Origin: Takakia lepidozioides
Lineage: Eukaryota > Plantae > Bryophyta
Reading direction: 5' to 3'
DNA length: 64,000 nucleotides
Assembly: GCA_030704615.1 (NCBI GenBank)
Contig: CM060731.1
Location: forward strand, 94,488,001-94,552,000
The first letter of the stretch is position 1. Each line of letters starts with the position of its first letter. The notes beneath the pieces were generated by a model. The model searched no databases. It was not told the DNA's origin and was given only the letters and a program-made list of their open reading frames with translations. Below are positions 48,591 through 60,753 of the stretch, piece by piece. The translations under genes and the position numbers were made by a program.

Positions 48591-51500
48591 TTGCTACATA
48601 CTGAAGTGCTTAAACCCAGGAAGAAGTTGCGTATATGCCCACTACTTACTCAATGTCATGTAGGCCATTTGTCTTTTTCTTGCATAGTTGACACTGGGTG
48701 CATGGTTTCTGTTGTTCCATTACATGTAGTTCAGGTGTTGGGTTTGAAACTGGTACCTGCCAAAGGGCTGGAAGTTACTATAGCTGATGGCACCAAGTAT
48801 GAACCTTTAGGGCTTGTAACCTTGCCCATTGGAATAGCTGGACAGGTGGTCACAGTGACTGGTATCGTCACTATGGGAGAACAATTTCTGATTGGCTTGG
48901 ATTGGATGAGGGAAGCCAGGGCAGAAATCAACTTACACACTAATGTCATGACCTTGAGCAATGGCAATGGTACCAGACATACTGTCAATCTGAACTCTGT
49001 TCCTGCATGGCTGGAAGTTCCACTCGACATCTTATTCAGATGAAGGCAGTTGCTCAAGAGGTTCGCCAAAGAGCTGGTAATTCATACAACTGGACCAGAT
49101 TCTTTAATTTTAATAGTGACTCAACCACTAAGGGCATTTGCCTGAACCAGGTAAGAAGACTAGAGCACCTCTTCCTGTTTCCAGCAATTTAGTACTTTTG
49201 AGGGCTCCTCATGATATTGATTGCCTGCAATGTCCCAAATCTTGGCTCCCACTGGCCTGGCTTTTATTTGTCCTAAGGACATGTATATGGAAATCGAAGG
49301 CTGGAAGAAGTTGTCCTTGCAGAAACACTGTTTGGTGGCTTCTGGGGTTTTGGACAGAGGGTACACAGGAGAAATCAAATTACTCCTTGCTAATCCTGAG
49401 CGTATGATGGTCAAAATCAAGAAGGGTCAGGTTATGGCTCGTCTCACTGCCTTGCCCTTGACTACGATTCAATCTGTAGAGGCTGCTCTCAATTTTCATG
49501 ACATTGGTCTTATAGATAGCCCTGTGGACAGACTTGTTGCCATGACCAACATTGCTGCAGTCAGTGATGACACTATTCTCACCTCAGAGCAAGAGGAGCA
49601 CTTTGCCCAAGTGCTAGCCGAAATCCAGGTGGGTGATATAACCAAGGGTCAACTGGCCAAATTGCATGCTTTGATCCGTAGGAACTTGTCTGTATTCAGT
49701 CGAGGGTCTCATGATCTTGGTATAACCAATGTTTTGAAACATGAGATTATCACTGATGGGCATCCTGTCAAGCAATATGCCTATCGTGAATATGTCCGTG
49801 AGAGGGCAATAGTCCAGGATGAGATTAAGAAAATGTTGAATGCTGGTGTTATCCGCCCCTCTATGTCACCTTGGGCCAGCCCGATTGTGTTGGTAGCCAA
49901 AAAGGACGGTTCCACCAGGTTTTGTGTTGACTTCAGACGGCTCAATTCCATGACTAAGAAATATGTGTACCCTTTACCAAGAATTAACGAGACCCTAGAT
50001 CAGCTTAGTGGTGCCACCATTTTCTCTTCACTTGACCTAGCTTCTGGCTTTTGGCAAGTCCCTCTAACAGAAGCATCTAAAGAGAAGACAACTTTTACAT
50101 GCAGATATGGCATGTATCAATATGAGACCATGCCATTCGGACTCTACAATGCCACAACAACTTTCAAAAGACTTATGGATGTAGTCCTTGAAAATCTGAG
50201 ATGGGAATGTGCATTGGTATACATTGACGACATTAATGTTTATTTTGCTACTTTCGACTCTCACCTCATTGACTTGCAGCGTGTGTTATGTTTTCTCAGA
50301 GCTATAGGTCTCAAGGTTAAAGCCAAAAAATGTGATTTCTGCATGGCAGAGCTCAAATTTCTTGGCCACATCCTTTGTGGGGAAGACATCAAACTTGATA
50401 TTAGCAAAATCCAGGCAGTATGGAACTTCCCTGTTCCACGTGATAAGCATTGTATCCGTGCATTCCTTGGCCTTGCCTCCTATTATAGACGTTTTATCCT
50501 CCATTTTACTAACATGGCTGGTCCCTTGTTCAGGCTTCTATGCAAGGATGTTCGCTTTCACTGGGGCATACCTGAGACCAAGGCCTTTGAACAGCTGAAG
50601 ATAGCCCTCACAACTGCTCCAGTGCTGGTTTTTCCAGACTTCTCTCTCCCTTTTCTTTTGCAGACAGATGCCAGTGACATGGCTGTTTCTCTATTCTCAG
50701 CCAAGTGCGAGATGGTAGAGAACATGTTGTTGCTTACGCATCTAGGCGGCTTGATAAACATAAAAAGAATTATAGTATTACTGACAAGGAGGGGTTGGCC
50801 ATCATTTTTGGCGTGAAACACTTCAGGCAGTACCTGCATGGTTGTTATTTCACCGTGGAGACAGATCATCTACCTCTCAAAGCCCTTAAAACTCCTCAAG
50901 AATTGTCCGGTAGACTTGCTAGATGATCTTTATTTCTACAGGGCTTTGAATTTGACATTGTTTACAAGAAGGGGAAGGAAAACAGCAACGCTGATGCGCT
51001 TACTCTGGGAGAAACCAAAACGCATGTTCCTTATACAACCCTAGATGACTTGGCTCGCATGCAGAATCCTGATCGTTTGCTGCCTGATTCACATCCACGT
51101 GTATCCTTTTTGAGTTTGATGGATGAGTTACCCTATGCCATTACGCCTGCTGGGGATCTCATCACTTTTGATGTTCATTAAGATGGTCACTTTGGTACTT
51201 GTATGTCTGGACTAAGTCTTCTTTGCTTGATCACTGCTGCCTAGTTACTACAGCAGTACCTTCTTCTTCTTCTTCATGGCCATGTGTTTCTTATGGTTAC
51301 TTCCCTTAGGACCTGTACTTCATGCCCAGTCTACCATCATAGATAAGTCTGATCCAGATGCGCTGCAGGGTTCCATTATTTGAAGACCACAGGGGCGGAC
51401 ACTTCTGATTACCTGCTATTAACCCACTGTTTCCTTGGCTCTGTGCATGATAGCTCTCACTCAGAAAACTTCAATTGCTGAGAATGTTGTATCAGGTCCG

Positions 51501-52868
51501 TCTCTAGGGATGGGTTACTTATTAATAGAGGCCTAGGGCTGATGGGATGGGCATGGATGACTCCCTGTTCGCAGCCCTTCTCCACAAGTGCAAGGCCGGC
51601 ACACAACTCCTAGGTATTTCCAAGACACTTCAAAGGCAAGTTAACTATCACCTTCCCTGTCATGTGGAACGTGAAGGTAAATTGTTAAAGAACATTGTCT
51701 TGGATGGCCTTATCAAAACCGTGGAGGTTCCTAATAGGAACTCAATTCCAGAGTTCAATATCATGCCACACCTTTTGCTGGTCACTTTGGTGTGACAAAG
51801 ACTGTCAAGCGGTTGCAAGAACTATATACCTGGAAGGATATGCATCAGGACGTTGCCTCATTTGTTTCTAAGTGTGTTGAATGTCATGCCAAGACATTGC
51901 TTCCTCGGGCTCGCGCTTCATTACCCATGCAGCCTATACCTGTCACTGGCCTCTTTGACAGGGTAGGCTTAGATCTTGTGGGACCTCTTAAACTCACCGA
52001 GAAGGGTCACTCCTACATAGCCGTGGCCACTGACTACTTCTCTAAATGGGTTGAGTTCCAACTTTTGGTCGCGAAGGATGCAGATTCAGTCGCACAGTTT
52101 TTCTTTGATGAAATCATTCTAAGGCACACATGTCCTCTTGAGATACTTACAGATCAGGGTACCGAGTTCTGCAAACAGCTGATGCAGATGATATGCTTCA
52201 ATCTTGGGGTAAAACACCGCACCACGACACCTTATCATCCCCAGTGCAACGGTGTGACTGAGCGATTCAATAAGACCATGTGTTCCATGTTGGAGAAGAA
52301 TGGTTCTCTGTTGGGTGATTGGGATGTGGCTCTTCTAGTTTTGATTTTTGCTTATAGGACATCCGTTCATGCAAGTACTAGGTATACACCCTTTGAGCTA
52401 GTATATGGCAGACTTGCTCGTAGCCCTTTACATGACACTCCGCTGATTCCAGTCACTAGTACTGACCCCATTGATTGGGATTCATTCTTGGTTGAGATGA
52501 TTGCTAAAAGGCAAAAGCTCAAATCTTCTGCCAAAATTAACATAGCCAAGGCCCAGGCAATTCAGGCTCGCAATTATAACCGGCGTGTGTGCTATTCTGA
52601 AGAATTTCTGCAAGGTCAATCTGTGTGTGTGCGGCTCCAGCAAGGGAAAATCATTTCCAAGGCTTCCAAGCGTATCGAGGGCCCCTATCTGATTGCGAAA
52701 GTCTTGTGGGGTAGACAGTTTAAGCTGCTCCCTCAACATCCCTCTGTTCCTCCTCTTTCCCACACTGTCCATCTTGATTCTCTTGTGCATTGCAAATTAG
52801 TTTTTGATCTCACTTGTATTAATGTTGAGGGCCGTCGTGTTATTCTAACCCCTGGCCGTGCTGCATGA
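48591..52868 (+). pseudogene. pol: aspartic protease, dUTPase-like domain, RT, RNase H, integrase
   Basis: Protease IVDTG..LIGLDW; dUTPase-like PTGL..GVLDRGYTGEIKLLL; RT RFCVDFRRLN and VYIDDI; RNase H LQTDAS and ETDHLPL; integrase GLDLVGP, LTDQGTEF and NGVTERFN. Multiple stops and frameshifts. Confidence 0.92.
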
Positions 52869-53941
52869 GTGCAGATCATAAGTTCATGCTTTTTGCTTTT
52901 AAAACTTGACTATGTGTAGTGGTGGAGATGCATCAGTTTTTGTGTGGCTTGGCTTGACTTCACCAACTAGCTTTAGTGTTTTTGAATCGACATCTGATTG
53001 TGAGAGACGATGAGAGCTCAGGAATTGCTTTTATGAGCTTGCATCAATTGTATGGTTTGGGGTTTTTCCTGTTGGTGGTTTTATCCTTCACCCACCTTGC
53101 AGGGTAAGGTTTTCCCCCACAGGTTTTTTCATCCCTCTCCTATTGGATGCCTAGTCCTTCTTTTGAGAAATTTGGCTAGGTGGGCCTTGCATTGGTAAAC
53201 TTTTCGAAGTTCGCTAGAGCTCACTCTTCCTGGCGTGGGCGGGTCTTACATATGTAAGATAGAGTATTCCACCTGTTGCAGATGCTCTTCTGTTGTTGGC
53301 TAGATGAAAAGCAGGGTGGTTGGTGAAGCTAATTAAATGTGCCTAATGTTAGCCTAGGCCTCTCATTCCACCAGTAACCTAATCAGACAGGGTGGCTGCT
53401 GATGTGTGGAAGAAACTTAAGGAAATCCTGGCAGCCAATAAGAGGCCACCATTTGCCATTCTAGATTAGCCCTTTTCTTAATATAAAAAACGGATGGTTT
53501 ATGCCAAACGTAAGATGTTTTGGGTGATCAGCAGCACTGTGTACTGGGATGTGCCGGGCATTTGGATGATTTGCACTCGATACCCCTGCAAGTGATTAGA
53601 TTGGCCCACCTGTGAGACTCCTCTAGCGAGAGATCCTTCCCATCTAGCTTGGCGTGCTTTACTAGCTATTTCCCCGCTTGAGCGCCCAAACACACATAGG
53701 AAAAGGGAATATTCCCCGGGTAGAGAAGTTGGTCTTACAACATGCAATCCGCAAAACGGGGATCAAAGGAAAAGAGGGAGAGAGAGAGATTGAGACGCCG
53801 TTCTCCTCGACCTGTGAGATCGTGCTGTCCAGTGCTTCGAAATCTGACTCTGAACAGCAGAATAAAGACGCGGTTCCATCCAAGAATAAAGACGCCGTTC
53901 CATCCAAAACTGAGAAGAGAAGCTTCTCCAAATCATCCAAA

Positions 53942-56354
53942 TCACCTCTCAGAAGCCTCGTGACCGTGTGAGATCGAATAATACTCTTCAGCAGTGGCAC
54001 GAGGGGTCTCAGGCTCATCAGCAGTCTGTGGAAACTCCAAAGCGACCGCAGCGATGGTGCCGCTCTCCTCGACCTGCACACTCTCGACCGCAGCGGTGTG
54101 CGTCACGGCCTTGATGTGCAGCACCACGGTCATCCGATTCTCCGCGGCCTGCTCCACACCCGGTGTACCCGGTCTCTCCACGGGCGCTATCCCCGCCAGC
54201 TCCCGCTCCCGGCCACCGGGGCCGTGGCACGGGTGCCCGCCATCGAACACTGTGAGCGGCAGCGCGGGCGTCGCAGCCCGGGCGGCCTTCTCGTGCGCCA
54301 GGTGGTGCATCACGGCCACGGTCGCGGCGGCGAAGACCGGGCCGCCCCAAAATACGGACTGGTCCGCCCACAGCTCCTGCCCGTAGACAACGGCCGGGCC
54401 GAAGCAGCGAGCGGGGTTCATGCCCGCGCCGGTGTAGCCGCTCCCGGGCAGCAGGCCCGCGGAGACGAAGATGAGGAGGCCCAAAGAGGCTCCGATTGCG
54501 AAGGGCGCAAACACAGGCGACTTGAGTGTGAGGCTGTGCGGATCGAAGCCGACTGTGTAGGCGACGAAGATGAAGGTGAATGTGAAGAGGAACTCTGCCA
54601 GAAAGCCTTGCTCCTGCCGAAATCCAACGACCTCGGGATCGATGCCAGATGGGTTCTGCACCGACTGGGACAGTAGACAGCCGCCCAACTGGAATTTGAC
54701 ATAGACGTCGGTGGTGATGATGCACTTGATGAAAAAGGAGCCCAGCACTGCGCCTGCGGTCTGAGCAAGCACGTAGAGGAGTGAGGGCATCAAGGACATG
54801 TGGCCGGTGAGGAAGGTGGCGAGGGTGATGGCTGGGTTGATGTGGCCGCCTGAGACCGGCGCTGCTACAAGAATTGAAAGAGAGTAGATGAGAGCTTGGA
54901 CAATGGCTATGGCGGTCGTCGTGGAGCTAAAGTTGCCCTGCATGCATGCTATCACTGCTGCAATGGTAACGAAGGTGAGGGCCCCCGTTGCGGCAAACTC
55001 TACCATTGCCGCACGCCAGACCTGCAACTCAAGATATCTCAAAACCATTATGTTTGGGCCTGAGCAGTTCATAGTCTTTAGTATGTGCTCGGGCAGTCTA
55101 TCAAAGTTCACTAAGACTCAAGTTTCAGGACTGATTGTCAAATGCATTGGGGCTTCACATGCAGCAACAATTGGCTCTCAAACTAGTACGGTTATGGATT
55201 TGAGTTTCAGACCAGGTAAATAATTTGCTGAAGTAAAAATTCTTTGAAGCCTCAGGTTTCGAAACCTTGCTGCAAGTTCCAAGTTTACGACATCTAAGTT
55301 TCAAAGAGAAGGGGAAGTAGTTTTCTTCAAGCTATAGTTCCAAACGACGTAGATAGCTTGTAGTTCGAAAGAAAAACTATAACTCAGCTACAGGTAGTAG
55401 TGCAGACCAATTAGTCTGCAAGCCTGTCTAGGATTGGTGTATTGAATATGTATTGATCAGCTCAATCTCTACTTGAGCCCATTCAGTAACCAGTGTCATA
55501 GTGCTTAACGTACTAAAGTTACGGGTGTAGCCGAGGAAATTGACGGTAAGGGGTGTGCACTGCACGACTAGAGAGCCGAACTGCACTTCCCTCAAAGTGA
55601 GACCGGTTGTATACAGCTGCTATCTTGCAGTACATGCCGAGGGAAAGGTCCTGCTATGCACATGCTTTAGAGCCTATATATATTTTGTTCCTTTTGTTTC
55701 TCTCCAAGGTCGAGACGAACAGCGTATGTATGCTGATTGAAGGAAAATAGGGTTTAAAACCAGTTGAATCCGACGCGACGCTCATCCGACGAGTCGGAGA
55801 GTTCGTTACCCTGCAAACTGATGTATTCGAGGTTGACACTCCGAAGGCAGGGAAGCTGATGTCTATCTCCCTGATAATCTGGAGGTATGGCGAGCATCTT
55901 CAGAGTTGATCATGAATGTTATTATTTGACTGGTCAGTAACCAACTTGGTGAAAAAAGTTTCCGGATGAAATCCTAAAATATTATAGTTCTCTGGATGTC
56001 CAGTCCTGATCAAAGAGGGAGTATTCTACATACGGCTGCAATTGCATGTCGACAATGACAGTTATCCCAGTCTACTTGGACTCGCAAGTTTAGGCACACC
56101 TGGGAAGATGAGAACTTACATCGGGTTTTCTGCATTCACATAGCCCGACAATCGTCTTGACTCGCTTCTTGAAAGACACATTGCACTGACTACCATTGTA
56201 ATTGCCCTTCTCGGATTCGGTCCTCGCTGCCCAGGGTCTTGGCGTTTGAGTAATACCCCCCCAGTCTACTTGAATCCCACTGGTGATAGTTTGTAGGTCC
56301 GGCTCTGTTGCTACTGGACTCGCTGTCCTGGAGTCCACAACAGGAAACGACGAT
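53942..56354 (-). CDS. XIP: XIP-type aquaporin; main exon 53942-55021, probable upstream exon ~56120-56354 (start codon not resolved)
   Basis: SGGHINPA, LGGC loop and GAGMNPARCFGPA. The phase-0 intron 55022-56119 (GTAAGT..TTGCAG) joins VGLCECRKPD to VWRAAMVEF, which resembles the XIP N-terminus. Confidence 0.9.
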
Positions 56355-58789
56355 CTGTGATTGACGATTTATCAAACATACGCAACCATCAAAAACTAAT
56401 AAAGAAGAATTTTTCATCTGTGTCGTTCCCTTTCCCGTGTCTTTCCAATGCGAGCATTGGTCGGTCGAGAGCGCAGTGCCTTCCCATTCAGAGAAAATGA
56501 CACGGCGTAGAGAACGAATACAGAATGTCAAGAGTATGACGAAAGATGGGCTGTGGGACAAAGCTTACCAGGAGGAAGTTCCGCGGTAATAAGAAGTGAC
56601 TCGTGCAGGTGAAGCCATTATGTAATCTTCTCGCGCCATTGAAAATTTCTTTTATTTGTCCACCCTTACTTCTCCTTGTCCAAACGGACTTCACATCCAC
56701 CACCTTGGCTGGATCTGCAGAGCTCAACCGCTAACACATTCTGGGTCCTCATCGTGCCCGATTGTATGCCTGTTTGGACTCTGGAGAGATGTAGTACCTT
56801 GAGAGTATAGAGGGTCGAGACTAAGTCCCGCGTTAATCTAGTGGCAGTTGGATGGGACCTCACAGTGACGGTAGTGCAATCCTGAGACTTCTAGGCACAG
56901 GAGGGACATTCTGCAAAGTGAACACGCCGGTCACATGAACAAAGCGTCAGTGCTAGACAAACGAATATGAGAAATTGACAGAGAGGGTCGGCTCTGTGGG
57001 TCGACAGATGAGGTATGGGTGAGTCAGAGCCATCTCTGGACGCCTAAATGAAGGGAATTGTGTTAGGCTTTGACCAAAGGGTCCAGTTGCTGCCCGGGAA
57101 AACATGGCAACGTGCAAGAAAGAGACAATGGTCCAGTCAAATATGTATACATGGTATACAGATCTCGAGATTACACAACGACCTCTGCAAGACATTCATG
57201 AAATCTAGAGGTGGGAATGAAGCAAAGAACACTTGTCGTCGAACCCAAAATTAGAGACCACCGTTTCTTTTTCTAAATTTGAACTACGTCGGAAAAGAGG
57301 TTTCGAATCTTGTCGGTCTAATTGCCAGGTTTTCCTTAGCACTACAGATGCTGTTCTTTGGTAGGCCATTGCAAACAACGTGTGTATATGATCACTAGCA
57401 GCCGACTGCCAAGCCTCAGCAAGGCTGCTGCCTGCAAAGCATGCACAACGGATCACAAACAGTGCTTGTTGTTTGACTCGCATATTCCTTTGCAGACTGC
57501 ACAAGCTCCACATGATCTCCTCCTCTCCCTCACTTTCAAACAGGAATTTTGCACATCTTTCCAACTGCATCCGACTACACACATGTAGATGTGGCATGAA
57601 CTTTGGGCTGTAGAGTAGATACCTTTGTCAATGTGCGCAGCATGCTGGCAACTGGTATTCATGAAGAGCACTCACGCAGTGACTGACATGTTGCCTGCTT
57701 ACATTACACACCCACATTATGACCCCCCATTTTTAGGCATTTGCTTTTGTTGGCAACCGAGTTCTGGTTGGATTGTCAAGCAGTCGATTTCCGCTCATAT
57801 CGTGCTCCCGACTGTCTTTCACAACCAATGCTTGGAAACGGCCCAGCAATCCTCATTCTGTTTGTTTTGTGTGTCTGTTGCTTTGTAATATTAGTTTTTG
57901 ATATTTGTCATTTGTATTGTGCATTATATGAGATCATCCTCTGTTGGGTATCTCTATTCTATACTCCAGTAATAATTTGAACTCATGAATGTAGATGTAT
58001 TAATACACTGCACTTGTTTCTAATATCAGCTTCTCAAATATCATGAGAGATTTTCTTAAAAAAGAAACCCAACCAAATAAAATGCATCCCAATAAGGCGA
58101 ATAAAGTTCCCAAGCCCATTCTTTGGTTTAGTGGTAAGACTTAAGACTAGACTACCTTTCCTTTTAAATTTTATTTATCTATTATATGTAGGTATGACCA
58201 CCGTGGGTCGGACTCGTAGCCAAGGGGATGCTCACTCTCTTTCTCTTTGGGGCTGATGCTTCCAACTCAATTAAATAGATATTGCGAGTTCAAAAGAAAC
58301 TTACAAAATAAAAACAAGCACATTGCAAGGCAAGAGGGAGGCAAGAGGGGAGCACCCCAAATCCGAGGAGCTGGATGAGCAACAAGGCTTTACAAGTAGA
58401 AGCTTTGATTAGTACATTAGTGGTGACCTTAAAGAGTAACTCTAGTTACAGCTTTCCGAGATGAAGCGATTAGTATTCCTTGTTAGAATTGATAGCAAGA
58501 ACAAGAACTAAAGTCTTAGGCTAAAGCTAAAGCTCTCCACCCAACCATGGAAACCACTATCGTACTTGATCGTCGACTAGTGGCTTCACCCCCGAGCTTA
58601 TACAAGAAAGTCTCTAGAAAGTTTAGATCATCTATATGATCTACTTGGAAACTTCCACTTCCTACTATGGTGACCATTCACCTTCTAATCTTTCACCTTC
58701 CAATGGTGAGTTAAAGGTAGTCTCTTAGTCTTCTAGACCTTGGGCCTTCTAGATATATTTAATTACTTATTAAAGTACGCAAGTACTTG

Positions 58790-60714
58790 TATGTAGAGAA
58801 GGATGAGATAGCTCGGCGTATTTCTATGCGCCATGTTGTTAAACCGTATCATTGAACTACTTCTTTTGTCTTGGAAGAAGAGACATCAAGTAGAGCTGAA
58901 CACTTGATGTGTTTTGTTTGTGGTAGACCCCAAACCGGACAAACTCTCTGACCCCACATTCGACATGTGGATGAACCGCATGACATGGTGGTTTCAGGTA
59001 CTTCCCCACGCTTCGTTTGGGGCTTCTACTCTAGTAGGGGGTGGATTCTTTGTATTTTTTCAGGAAAGCGATCTGATGGAGAATCTCCACAGGTGACGAC
59101 GAATGCGCAAGAGCAGCTGGACACACAAGCACATCAGTTCAAGATGGAGATATCTCCTGCAGCAGAGAGCCTACGTGACTATGTGACGAGGTACTTTCTG
59201 CTCTACAAAACCAACCTATTCTTTCGGGAGATAGCAGATGCTCGCCGGAGCCACGAGTTCACCGACCAGCCGAACGCGGACAAAGCAGCAATGCGCCTTC
59301 TGGACAGGTACATACGCGCTGCCTTTCTTTCAAGTCCTTGCATTTCAGGAAGTTAGAGGCCTCATGTGGTGTTAGGGAAAATGGCGCCGAATTTCCAGTC
59401 AGGGCTCCGAAAATGGCTAAGTCCCTAGACGCCCCTGAACTGGAAATTCGGCGCCATTTTCCAGTTCTAGGCCCTATTGCCGTTCAGGGACTTGGCCATT
59501 TTCGGGCTAAGTCCCTAGACTGGCTGGCCCGGAACTGGAAATTCGGCGCCATTTTCCAGTTCCAGGCCCTATTGCCGTTCAGGGACTTGGCCATTTTCGG
59601 GCTAAGTCCCTAGGGTGGCTGGCCCTGAACTGGAAATTCGGCGCCATTTTTCCAATTGTAGGCCCTATTGCGGTTCTGGGACTTAGCCATCTTCGGGCCA
59701 AACCGGGAAAAATGGCGTCGAATTTCCAGTTCAGGGCTCCCAAGATGGCTAAGTCCCTAGGGTGGCAGTCACCGAAAACCGAAATTCGGCGCCATTTTTC
59801 CATTTCTAGGCCCACTCACATCCGCCCCAACCTGGGAAAATGGTGCCGAATATGCATTTCAGGGACCTCATTGTGTTTTTCATGAATGCAGGTACTGCAA
59901 GTTCTCCCTTTTGAAGAAAGGTCATCTGTCTTTCGAGCCACCATTCTTCCTGGCATGGAGGAACCCTAGGGCTGACTCCATGTACACTGACGATATTGTG
60001 AAGGAGTGGCATCTGGAACATTTGCGTGATTGCCCTTGGTATGTGGACCTTCCGCCCGGCTCGCTCGACCCATCCGAGTTTCAATTGAAGCTGGATGCTG
60101 AATTCCGACGAAACCAGGCTCCGCTGCCTCCGTTGGGTGCAAAAGAGGCAAAAGCGCTTGCGAACTCCAGGAAAGCGGCAGAGCTTGCTCAGGCAGGAAT
60201 TCAGGAGAAATTGCATGAGAAGAGTAAAGGCCAAAGGAAAAGGACAAGGAAACAGGTGAGTGCAGTAACACCCAAAAAAAAGAAAACCATCGGGGCATCG
60301 GAGGAGGCGCAGGAGGGGACCCAAGAGAGTGACTCGGACGACGACTTTGTTCAAGGTCCTGCGACTGCTGTTGCTCCTACCCAGTCACCGGTCGTCCGGG
60401 TTCCCAAGTCAGTTCGGAGTGGGACTGGCTCTGCCAAGAAGTTGGCATTTGAGGGCGAGCCTACACGGCGGTATTCGGCGGTGACGTTTACGCACAGGCC
60501 AAAGCTAGAACCTCCAACCATCATCCAATGCGTCAATGAGAGCTTCCTTGACGCTCTCGCTGCCAGGGCGAAGAAGGTGGCACACAACAAGTCTCTGGCG
60601 AAGCAGAAGGGGAAAGCCAAGAAGAGGACTGGCGGTACAGAGCCTAAAGACACCCCTGGTTTTGAAGCCATGATGGAATTCTTCACGGCTGTGAGCACGA
60701 ATTGCAAGAGCACT

Positions 60715-60753
<39 letters not shown>

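Larger units (their letters stand above)
45724..53739 (+). mobile_element. Ty3/Gypsy LTR retrotransposon, ~8.0 kb, decayed
   Basis: LTRs at ~45724-46193 and 53253-53739 (TGTAAGA..TCTTACA), 4-bp TSD ACAT, PBS TGGTGGAGAT (tRNA-Ala-like), and gag-PR-RT-RH-INT order. Confidence 0.93.

Noticed and set aside
53994-54768. Long overlapping ORFs across the aquaporin
   Set aside because: These are shadow frames caused by high GC content.
58130-58790. LTR-like segment truncating the 5' end of the MTase gene
   Set aside because: The composition is suggestive and a short inverted match exists (~58140 vs ~58715), but no termini or TSD could be defined.
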